Shown: positions 26,272 through 33,580, counted from the first letter of the stretch. The stretch: 39,990 nt of DNA from an uncultured Gammaproteobacteria bacterium (GCA_964408825.1 CAYPAU010000005.1:1-39990), one strand, 5' to 3'. Notes: generated from the sequence alone by a model not told the origin. Numbers and translations: made by a program.

Positions 26272-26852
26272 TTTATGCTCCCGTCCTTTCCTACTGTGAT
26301 TATGGCCGATTGATTGGTCTGTGTATTTTTAATGCCGATCATCCCATATGATCCACCATCAAATATAATTCCTCCTGTTAAAACAGGGAAGGAGAAAGTA
26401 GAGGGACTATTTTCAATACGATAGCCTCCCGGCAATTTTCCTGTCTTTATGGGAGGGGAGACATAGTTTCCGCCGCATCTTACGTCAAGTTCATAATCGG
26501 CATCTTCGGTATTTATGCAAACCCCCGATGAAACCCCCGCAATCTTACATATTTTTACTTGATATCTATCCAATTGATTTGTATTGCACGGAGGGGTCGA
26601 GGGTTTTACCTGAGAGTAGGCTCTTGATTTGCCAAGATTAAGCATTGACTTTATATCGCCTGCGGCTGCATTTAAAGTCTGGGTTCTTGAGAAGGAAACA
26701 AAAGCAGCGACTCCGACTGTTGAGAGGATTGCCAAGATAGAAAAAACTATCATTAGTTCAATCATTGTAAAACCTACTCTTCTTGATTTTTTTAGAAAGA
26801 GGCGTTTTAGATTAAGGGTTCTTAAGTACATATTGCCGGTTGGGAGAAACAC
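26268..26852 (-). CDS. Type IV pilin-like protein (GspH/FimT-like size)
   Basis: Prepilin signal SRRVG/FTMIELMIVFSIL. An alternative ATG lies at 26831. Confidence 0.75.
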   Translation of the reverse strand: MFLPTGNMYLRTLNLKRLFLKKSRRVGFTMIELMIVFSILAILSTVGVAAFVSFSRTQTLNAAAGDIKSMLNLGKSRAYSQVKPSTPPCNTNQLDRYQVKICKIAGVSSGVCINTEDADYELDVRCGGNYVSPPIKTGKLPGGYRIENSPSTFSFPVLTGGIIFDGGSYGMIGIKNTQTNQSAIITVGKDGSIK

Positions 26853-27354
26853 AAAAAGCAGTTCCAGATATATTTGGGTCTGAGTCGTTCTGATTTTCTA
26901 TACAAGCGGTAAGAGTATAGGATCCGCTTGAGTAGCTATAAATATAGTCACCATAGGTCATAGCATCACCGGAGGAAACATCGTAAACGGATTTATTTGG
27001 ATCACAAGGAGGCTTGGACATATAGGTAGTTGCATTATAGACAGCGGGCGAGGTGGGAGGACAATGAGTAGAGTAAAAAATTGTCTTAAATGAGCTACTG
27101 TCCGGATAGCTTCCTTGATCTGAACGGTAGAATTCAAGGGCCGCTTGAATCTGCCGTAAGTCGGATTTTCTTTGACTGTCTCTTGCTCTTTGTCTTACTC
27201 CGATAAAGTTGGCAAAAAGAACGCTTGCAAGAACTCCGATAATTGCAACTGCAATAAGAAGCTCAATCAGGGTAAAACCAGATCTACAATTGACAATTGA
27301 CAATTGACAATTGACAATTTTTTTGATTTTTGAACGCCACAAGCCTGAATTCAT
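26812..27354 (-). CDS. Type IV pilin / T2SS GspG-like pseudopilin
   Basis: NCRSG/FTLIELLIAVAIIGVLA, then RDSQRKSDLRQIQAALEFY. Confidence 0.8.
   Translation of the reverse strand: MNSGLWRSKIKKIVNCQLSIVNCRSGFTLIELLIAVAIIGVLASVLFANFIGVRQRARDSQRKSDLRQIQAALEFYRSDQGSYPDSSSFKTIFYSTHCPPTSPAVYNATTYMSKPPCDPNKSVYDVSSGDAMTYGDYIYSYSSGSYTLTACIENQNDSDPNISGTAFCVSPNRQYVLKNP
27286..27319. repeat. Heptamer array (ACAATTG x4.9) inside the pilin signal-peptide coding region
   Basis: The coding strand has ATTGTCA x4, giving IVNCQLSIVNC. Confidence 0.9.
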
Positions 27355-27357
27355 AAG

Positions 27358-27385
27358 TCTTAATTCATAAATCTTAAATCTTATG
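27358..27385. repeat. Heptamer array tcttaat tcataaa tcttaaa tcttatg in the pilin-pilin spacer
   Basis: It shares the 13-mer TCTTAATTCATAA with the array at 37601-37631. Confidence 0.8.
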
Positions 27386-28003
27386 TCATGGTGTTATATT
27401 CGCGCTTGTCACACCGTAATTGCACTGAAAACCTGTCCCGCACCCGTCCGCCGTAACCCTCCCGTTTGCATTTGCACATGGGATTGAAGTACATGCTTGG
27501 GTATCAAGACTTCCTCGCTCAAGAGACGCATAGATTGCATAAGATTGTCCATCACTGTATGCCCAATAGGCATAACTTCTTCCAGTTTTTGGATCTTTCG
27601 GGAGTTTTGTTTTGTATGAATCCCAATAACTACCCCAGTTTTGACAACCAGATGGGGGATTGATTCTGTATAGCTCTGTAGCAGAGCATCCAGGAAGTAC
27701 GGCTCCTGTGTTATGTGGAGGATATTTGCCATTATCGTTGTAATATGCCTCAAGAGTCCTTTGAAGTTGGGAAAGATCCGATTTTCTTTGCGAGTCGTTT
27801 GCTTTCTTAAACTGTTCAAGCGGATTAATTATGACTATTACTCCGCTTGTTATAACGCTTAAGACTCCTATTACTATCAGAAGTTCAATAAGAGTAAACC
27901 CAGATGAGTTAGTTGTTCCCCAAAGAAGAGACTTAAAAAAGTTCCCAAAACTAAAAAGGGGCCGAAAGGAATTTTTCCCCCGGGCAGCTTCTTTTTTCCC
28001 CAT
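27386..28003 (-). CDS. Type IV pilin with a long (35-aa) leader
   Basis: TNSSG/FTLIELLIVIGVLSV, then NDSQRKSDLSQLQRTLEAYY. The only in-frame start is ATG 28003, which lies 127 nt inside pilD. Confidence 0.75.
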   Translation of the reverse strand: MGKKEAARGKNSFRPLFSFGNFFKSLLWGTTNSSGFTLIELLIVIGVLSVITSGVIVIINPLEQFKKANDSQRKSDLSQLQRTLEAYYNDNGKYPPHNTGAVLPGCSATELYRINPPSGCQNWGSYWDSYKTKLPKDPKTGRSYAYWAYSDGQSYAIYASLERGSLDTQACTSIPCANANGRVTADGCGTGFQCNYGVTSANITP

Positions 28004-28737
28004 ATAACTAGTATGATGCCTACTGATGCACCTGTCAAGAACGCCAGATAAAAAGCGCCTACAATAAGTGGGAAGCCAAGAAAAAGTCCCATTAAAAACG
28101 CGAGTTTCACATCCCCAAAGCCCATACCCTTACCTTTTGTAATCAAAAAAAGTATAAGAAGAAAAATAAATGCCCCAAAAGCAGAAAGGAGATAATTGCT
28201 GAATTGTTGAATGGTTAAATTGTTGAAATCAAATGGTAAATGGAAAATGGTAAATGGAAAATGGTAAATTACTGAGACTACGACTGCAGGATAAACGATC
28301 TTATCAGGAATAATTCCATATTTTAAATCAGTAAAAAAAATAACTGTCAAACTCGAGGCAATGAAAAGATAATAGAAAAGATCTATTGTTACATTGCTGA
28401 ATTGTTGAATTGTTAAATTAAATGGAAAATGGAAAATGGCAAATGGCAAATTATTTAGTTTAAGAACATAAAGATAAATGATAATAAATATTAACCCTGT
28501 CAAAATCTCAACCAAGGGGTAGTAAAACGAAATAAGGGAGTGGCAATGCCGGCATTTTCCTTTCAGAATCAAAAAGGACAAGACCGGGATCATATCAAAC
28601 CATCTAAGATTTTTTTTGCAGTTATCACAATAAGATCTTCCTCTAAAAACCTGCTCACCATGAGGAATCCTGTCAACAAGAACGTTTAGAAAACTCCCTA
28701 CACAAACTCCTAGAATAAAGAGAAACAATAGCGCCAT
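27877..28737 (-). CDS. pilD: Prepilin peptidase / N-methyltransferase (A24 family)
   Basis: CxxC...CxxC zinc motif and the catalytic Asp contexts DLKYGIIPD and GMGFGDVKL. ATG 28737 is preferred over TTG 28752 because TATAAT lies 6 nt upstream. Confidence 0.9.
   Translation of the reverse strand: MALLFLFILGVCVGSFLNVLVDRIPHGEQVFRGRSYCDNCKKNLRWFDMIPVLSFLILKGKCRHCHSLISFYYPLVEILTGLIFIIIYLYVLKLNNLPFAIFHFPFNLTIQQFSNVTIDLFYYLFIASSLTVIFFTDLKYGIIPDKIVYPAVVVSVIYHFPFTIFHLPFDFNNLTIQQFSNYLLSAFGAFIFLLILFLITKGKGMGFGDVKLAFLMGLFLGFPLIVGAFYLAFLTGASVGIILVIWGKKKLPGGKIPFGPFLVLGTFLSLFFGEQLTHLGLLLLNF
28195..28269. repeat. Composite repeat copy A inside pilD: ATTGCTGAATTGTTGAAT-GGTTAAATT module plus (AAATGGW)x5.5
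   Basis: Seen directly in the sequence. It encodes ...YHFPFTIFHLPFDFNNLTIQQFSN. Confidence 0.9.
28393..28451. repeat. Composite repeat copy B inside pilD: ATTGCTGAATTGTTGAAT-TGTTAAATT module plus (AAATGGM)x4.5
   Basis: Seen directly in the sequence. It encodes ...LPFAIFHFPFNLTIQQFSN. Confidence 0.9.
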
Positions 28738-28743
28738 GAAACA

Positions 28744-28749
28744 ATTATA
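28744..28749 (-). promoter_or_regulatory. -10 box TATAAT (minus strand), 6 nt before pilD ATG 28737
   Basis: The minus strand reads cTTGTATAATtgtttcATG. Confidence 0.45.
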
Positions 28750-28821
28750 CAAGATCTAAGATTTCCGAATTTTATAAAGAAGTTAAATATAAAGGTTTAC
28801 TTATTAGGGTTAAGGTTAAGA

Positions 28822-29403
28822 TTAAGGGGCAAAAGGAGAGAATGTTCCAGCACCGATTTGTGTAGCAGTTGGATCACCAGATAGGCAGACTATACCTGCT
28901 TTGGCAGCTACGGAGGAATATAGCCAGTATGAATTATCGGAAGCAGTTGCACATTTCTTGTCTTCCGACGCAGACTCCATTCTTGTATAGATAACATAAT
29001 CATCGTCGGTAGCTGCTTCACGAGCATAACAATAATTACTCACCACTGCACCAACTGCTGTTGCATCTATGGCACAAGCAGTAGTATTAAATGACCCTGT
29101 AGAATAGGCAACGGTTGAAGGAAGCGATTTAAGCTCACCTGCAGTCACCAGTGTCTGCAGCCACGTACTGTCTGCAGTGGGTAGAGTGGCATTCTGAGCA
29201 GTGTAATACGCTCCCAAGGCATTCTTAAGCTGGGCAGCTGTAGTTTTTCTGCCTGAGTCTCGGCCTCTCGCCAATTGTTCAAGCGGATTTACTGCCGCGA
29301 TAACCAGGGCTGCGATGACTCCAAGAACTGCGATTACTACGAGAAGTTCAATAAGTGTGAACCCTGGAGATTTCTTAAGAAGTTTGGGCAGTTGAAATTT
29401 CAT
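28822..29403 (-). CDS. Probable major type IV pilin
   Basis: Short leader MKFQLPKLLKKSPG/FTLIELLVVIAVLGVIAAL, an Ala/Thr/Gly-rich body with 4 Cys, its own consensus -35, and first pilin position after pilC. Confidence 0.8.
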   Translation of the reverse strand: MKFQLPKLLKKSPGFTLIELLVVIAVLGVIAALVIAAVNPLEQLARGRDSGRKTTAAQLKNALGAYYTAQNATLPTADSTWLQTLVTAGELKSLPSTVAYSTGSFNTTACAIDATAVGAVVSNYCYAREAATDDDYVIYTRMESASEDKKCATASDNSYWLYSSVAAKAGIVCLSGDPTATQIGAGTFSPFAP

Positions 29404-29442
29404 CTATATATTAAGTAGAGCAGAAAAAAAATAACTTGTCAA
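29404..29442 (-). promoter_or_regulatory. Major pilin promoter: TTGACA-N11-TTCTGCTCTA box, TACTTAAT, ATG within about 12 nt
   Basis: The minus strand reads cTTGACAagttattttttTTCTGCTCTActtaatatatagATG. There is no SD. Confidence 0.55.
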
Positions 29443-29460
29443 GGGGGCAAATTGAGGCTA

Positions 29461-29482
29461 ATTATTAGTTATTAGTTATTTT
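29461..29482. repeat. Heptamer array (ATTAGTT x2.5) spanning the pilC stop codon
   Basis: att attagtt attagtt atttt. Confidence 0.7.
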
Positions 29483-30681
29483 ACCGAAGAAATTAAACTA
29501 TAAATCGGAGTAATAACAGACACCAGAAGAAATGCCACTCCAGCTCCCAGTGTCACCATAATGGCAGGCTCAAGCGCCGTAGTCAGGGTTTTTACGGTTT
29601 GATCTGTCTCAAATTCAAAATACTCAGACGCCTTAAGAAGAGTCTCATCAAGTTTTCCTGTTTCCTCTCCAATTTTAACAAGCTGTGAAAGAACCGGAGG
29701 AAATAAAGAATAAGACGAAAGCGCCTCTCCGACAGAAACTCCATTTTCAACTTTTCTTGCAACTCCCATAGCCGCATTCTTGTAATGAATATTTCCCAAA
29801 GTATCCGATGCCTGAACCAGGGAGTCAACTACGAGAGTTCCCGATCCTACAAGAAGACTTAAGGTTCTTGAAAATTCGGTGAGGATTATTTTTTTTGAAA
29901 GATTGCCAAAAATTGGTATTTTCAAAGTTAGGTTATCGATAACGAGTCTTCCTGCCTGACTTTTATGCCATCTTCCAAATAGAAAGAGCCCCAAGACCAA
30001 TATACCGATTATAAAAGGCCAGAAAGTTATTAAAAAACCCGACATTCCGATAATCATTTTCGTAGTAAAAGGAAGCTCAACGTCTAGACTCTTGTAAAGC
30101 CCTGATAATTGAGGGATAACAACAGTCATCATTATAACAACAACAAGAATCATAAGAAGAACGACAATAGCAGGATAGGTGAGAGCACCTTTAATGGTTC
30201 TATTTAATTTATCTTGTTTCTCAAGATTTTCTGCCAAGCGCGTCAAGGCTTTATCCAAAAGTCCGGATGATTCGGCGGATTTTACGATTGATACGTAAAT
30301 AGGAGAAAAAACATCGGGGGATTTCGATATCGAAGAAGAAAATGTCTTTCCTTCCTCTATATCCGAAATGATTCCTCCGACAATCTCAATTGTTGACTGA
30401 CTAGTAAATTGCTCCTTGAGTATTTCAAGGGATTTCAAAAGAGTAAGACCAGAGGTAAGCATTGAGGAGAGTTGTCTTGTGAAAAGCATTAGGTCCGAGT
30501 GCTTCACCCGACTAAAAAACGGCAAAAATTTTAATATATTATTTTTATCTTCCGAGAAAACAGTAATTGGCACTAATCCTTTGCTCCTAAGATAGGTTAT
30601 GGATTCGGGGATATCTTTGGCTTCAATAAGCCCTCTTATTATTTTATTGTCCTTTGAAATCGCTTTATATCGAAGTTTCAT
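29476..30681 (-). CDS. pilC: Type IV pilus platform protein PilC (GspF family)
   Basis: Duplicated GspF domains and three TM segments. ATG 30681 lies 1 nt after the pilT stop. The track ORF extends to 30708. Confidence 0.9.
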   Translation of the reverse strand: MKLRYKAISKDNKIIRGLIEAKDIPESITYLRSKGLVPITVFSEDKNNILKFLPFFSRVKHSDLMLFTRQLSSMLTSGLTLLKSLEILKEQFTSQSTIEIVGGIISDIEEGKTFSSSISKSPDVFSPIYVSIVKSAESSGLLDKALTRLAENLEKQDKLNRTIKGALTYPAIVVLLMILVVVIMMTVVIPQLSGLYKSLDVELPFTTKMIIGMSGFLITFWPFIIGILVLGLFLFGRWHKSQAGRLVIDNLTLKIPIFGNLSKKIILTEFSRTLSLLVGSGTLVVDSLVQASDTLGNIHYKNAAMGVARKVENGVSVGEALSSYSLFPPVLSQLVKIGEETGKLDETLLKASEYFEFETDQTVKTLTTALEPAIMVTLGAGVAFLLVSVITPIYSLISSVK

Positions 30682-30682
30682 A

Positions 30683-31747
30683 TCAACCGACAAGACGCAA
30701 GAGCTCATCCTGTCTCAACGCATAGCTTCTTGCGGTTTCAAGACTTATGGTTCCGCCTAAGACCAGAGAAGCAAGCGATGACTCAAGCGGAATCATTCCC
30801 ACATCTTGAGAGTTTTGAATAATAGAATCTATAAGATGTGTTTTCCCGTCTCTTATGTTACTTGCGATAGCACTCGTACCAATCAGAAGTTCAACTGCCG
30901 GGATCCTGCCACCTGATATTTGAGGCATAAGTCTTTGAGAAACTATTCCCTTAAGAGTTGCTGAAAGCTGTGCTCTAATTTGGGACTGCTGATCCGAAGA
31001 AAATACATCAATTATTCGGTCTATACTCTGAGAGGCGGAGTTGGTATGAAGAGTTGAAAAAACCAAATGTCCTGTCTCTGCAATTGTAATCGTTGATGCT
31101 ATAGTTTCAGGATCCCTCATTTCCCCAACCAAGACCACATCCGGATCTTCGCGAAGAGCGGAACGTAAGGCCGCCTGCCACGAATTTGTATCCTGCCCCA
31201 TCTCACGCTGAGAGATCAGGCTCTTTCCATGAGGATAGATATATTCGATCGGGTCTTCGATGGTAAGAATATGAACTGCTCTTCCTAAGTTAATTTCATT
31301 AATAATTGCAGCAAGTGTGGTCGATTTCCCATGACCGGTTGGTCCCGCAATAAGAATAAGTCCCTGTTTAAGAGTTGCGAAATTATGAAGATATTTTGGA
31401 AGATTTAGCTCTTCAATCGTCCTTATCTTTGGCTCAAGGAATCTAAATTCTCCGCAAATAAAATTCTTTTGAAAATAAATGTTTGCCCGGAATCGTCCCG
31501 TCTGACCATTGGCACCCTCAAAACTAAAGGAGAAATCAAGCTCTTTATTTAAAATAAATTTTTCTTTTTGCGACTGATTAAGAAGCGAGAAAATCATACT
31601 GTGTGTATCTTCTCCTGAGAGAGGCAGAGCGTCTGAGACGAATGAAAGCTCACCATCAATGCGAAGAGAAGGAGGAACTCCGGGAATAAGATGTAAATCC
31701 GATGCCTTACTGTTTACTGTAAGATGTAAAAGGTGTTGAATATCCAT
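30683..31747 (-). CDS. pilT: Twitching motility (retraction) ATPase PilT
   Basis: Walker A GPTGHGKST, Asp box, Walker B VVLVGEMRD, His box FSTLHTNSA. 354 aa. Confidence 0.92.
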   Translation of the reverse strand: MDIQHLLHLTVNSKASDLHLIPGVPPSLRIDGELSFVSDALPLSGEDTHSMIFSLLNQSQKEKFILNKELDFSFSFEGANGQTGRFRANIYFQKNFICGEFRFLEPKIRTIEELNLPKYLHNFATLKQGLILIAGPTGHGKSTTLAAIINEINLGRAVHILTIEDPIEYIYPHGKSLISQREMGQDTNSWQAALRSALREDPDVVLVGEMRDPETIASTITIAETGHLVFSTLHTNSASQSIDRIIDVFSSDQQSQIRAQLSATLKGIVSQRLMPQISGGRIPAVELLIGTSAIASNIRDGKTHLIDSIIQNSQDVGMIPLESSLASLVLGGTISLETARSYALRQDELLRLVG

Positions 31748-31750
31748 AAA

Positions 31751-31785
31751 CTAGTTGCTAGCGACTAGTTACTAGTGGCTAGTTA
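31751..31785. repeat. Heptamer array ctagttg ctagcga ctagtta ctagtgg ctagtta in the pilB-pilT spacer
   Basis: Same CTAGT word family as 10964-10996. It runs into the pilB stop codon. Confidence 0.85.
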
Positions 31786-33516
31786 TTCTTGTGCTACTCT
31801 TATTACCTCCTCGGGTGTCGTTATGCCAGATAGAACCTTAAAGTAGCCATCCTGTTTCATTGTTATCATTCCCTCATTTAACGCTTCTTTCTGAACGGCG
31901 GCACTGCCCGGGCGCTCAAGAATAAGATTTGCCATTTTCTGAGAAATCGGTAAAACTTCAAAAATACCAATTCGACCCAAATATCCAGAGCCTGAACACT
32001 TATCGCAACCTTTTCCTCGATATAATTTAAGTTCTGAACCATTTGGAGACGGATATAATTTTCCCAAAACATTTTTTATCTCTTCTGTAATTTGTCTAAG
32101 TGGAGCATACGGTTCTCTGCATGTCGCACAGACTCTTCTGACAATTCTTTGCCCGACAACCGCATTCATTGTCGATGAAAGAAGAAAGGGCTCAGCACCC
32201 AAATCTATAAGACGAGGTATTGCTCCAGCCGCATCTGAAGTATGAAGTGCCGAAAAAACCAAATGTCCCGTGAGTGATGCCTGAATAGCAAGCTCGGTGG
32301 TTTCTCCGTCTCTTATTTCTCCAACAAGGATTATATTGGGGTCTTGTCTTAAGAATGACCTAAGACCTGTTGCAAAAGTAAGTCCCACACCGGGATTTAT
32401 CTGTATCTGATTAACTCCCGGCATTTGATACTCAACAGGATCTTCAAGGGTCATAATATTAACTCTTGTTGTATTAAGTTTCTCCAAAACCGCATAAAGA
32501 GTAGTAGTTTTACCAGATCCGGTCGGACCACAAACCAATATAACTCCATGCGGGCGAAGAATCGATGTTTCTAAATTTTTAAGAGATGTTCCCGTAAGAC
32601 CAAGTTCGGGAAGAGTAGGTATTCCTCCTGATTTACGAAGAAGCCTCATCACAATCTTCTCTCCAAAGGTTGTCGGCATTACGGAAATACGAAGATCCAC
32701 TTCGTTATTGTCTACTTTGAAATTAAAACGGCCGTCCTGTGGCATTCTGTGTTCATCGATTTTCATGTCGGAAAGGATTTTGATGCGGGATATGACTGCT
32801 TCCTGAACGGTCTTTGGAAGACTCAGCCTGTCATACAAAATACCATCTATTCTGTAACGCACTCTGATTCGATCTTCCTGCGGTTCAATGTGGACATCAG
32901 AGGCTCTGCTTGATACCGCATATTCAAGAATAGTTGAAACGATTTTGGCAATAGGAGCCTCTTTTATAATCTCCGCAATTTCCTTACTGTCGATGGTTTT
33001 TGCCTTAATCAGCTCCTCTGTCTGCTTTATAGCCTCTCCGACTTCTCCTACGATTTCCTGTTTGTACTGTTGTCTTATTGCTGTTTTTATATCCTCAAAA
33101 GGTGCTGCAAAAGTCTTGAGGGTAAGTCCTGTTTTTTGTCTGACAAATTCCAAGGCTTCAAGGTCTACGGGATTGGCCATTGCGACGGACAAGGTTTTTG
33201 TCCGCTCGTCATACATAAAGGGGATAAGCGTAAATCTTTCGGCAACAGCTCTTGAAATCATTGAGAGGGCAAGAGGAGAAAAGGATGTTGAGGAAAGTGA
33301 GATAAAAGGAATTCCTAAGAGTCTTGCCTTGGCTTCTGCAATTTTATCGGAGGAAACAATTCCTGACAACAAAAGAGTCTCTTCGTATGATTTGTCTAAG
33401 CTTGCGGCTTTAACCTTAATATCCTGAACCTGTGAAGGGGTCAAGATATGCTCGGAAAGCAGAATATCAAGTATCGTAGACTTTATGGAATCTGTATTAA
33501 AATCTGTGGCGGGCAT
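31783..33516 (-). CDS. pilB: Type IV pilus assembly ATPase PilB (GspE family)
   Basis: N-terminal GSPII domain, Walker A GPTGSGKTT, tetracysteine CATC...CDKC, 577 aa. Confidence 0.93.
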   Translation of the reverse strand: MPATDFNTDSIKSTILDILLSEHILTPSQVQDIKVKAASLDKSYEETLLLSGIVSSDKIAEAKARLLGIPFISLSSTSFSPLALSMISRAVAERFTLIPFMYDERTKTLSVAMANPVDLEALEFVRQKTGLTLKTFAAPFEDIKTAIRQQYKQEIVGEVGEAIKQTEELIKAKTIDSKEIAEIIKEAPIAKIVSTILEYAVSSRASDVHIEPQEDRIRVRYRIDGILYDRLSLPKTVQEAVISRIKILSDMKIDEHRMPQDGRFNFKVDNNEVDLRISVMPTTFGEKIVMRLLRKSGGIPTLPELGLTGTSLKNLETSILRPHGVILVCGPTGSGKTTTLYAVLEKLNTTRVNIMTLEDPVEYQMPGVNQIQINPGVGLTFATGLRSFLRQDPNIILVGEIRDGETTELAIQASLTGHLVFSALHTSDAAGAIPRLIDLGAEPFLLSSTMNAVVGQRIVRRVCATCREPYAPLRQITEEIKNVLGKLYPSPNGSELKLYRGKGCDKCSGSGYLGRIGIFEVLPISQKMANLILERPGSAAVQKEALNEGMITMKQDGYFKVLSGITTPEEVIRVAQE

Positions 33517-33523
33517 TACTTCT

Positions 33524-33553
33524 ATACTAAGTAAAAATAAGCTATAATGTCAA
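33524..33553 (-). promoter_or_regulatory. pilB promoter TTGACA-N18-TAGTAT, with the -10 box 7 nt before ATG 33516
   Basis: The minus strand reads cTTGACAttatagcttatttttactTAGTATagaagtaATG. Confidence 0.55.
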
Positions 33554-33580
33554 GGCAATCCCGATCAAATCGGGATTGCC
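33554..33580. promoter_or_regulatory. Perfect 12-bp inverted repeat GGCAATCCCGAT-caa-ATCGGGATTGCC abutting the pilB -35 box
   Basis: Perfect dyad read directly from the sequence. It could be an operator or an RNA hairpin. Confidence 0.5.

Noticed and set aside
27409-27819. A 136-aa same-strand ORF in an alternative frame inside the 205-aa pilin gene.
   Set aside because: The pilin frame has the canonical G/FTLIEL signal and the conserved pilin motif. The alternate frame has no recognisable features or initiation signal.
28738-28752. The TTG start at 28752 for pilD.
   Set aside because: These codons spell TTGTATAAT, a -10 box placed 6 nt before ATG 28737, which gives a typical hydrophobic PilD N-terminus.
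32888-33427. A 179-aa plus-strand ORF antisense to pilB. Similar antisense or alternate-frame ORFs occur at 16174-16590, 16598-16969, 11426-11773, 14663-14950 and 536-829, among others.
   Set aside because: They are shadow ORFs opposite strongly supported conserved genes, with low-complexity or Ser/Leu/Ile-rich translations, no start signals and no recognisable families.
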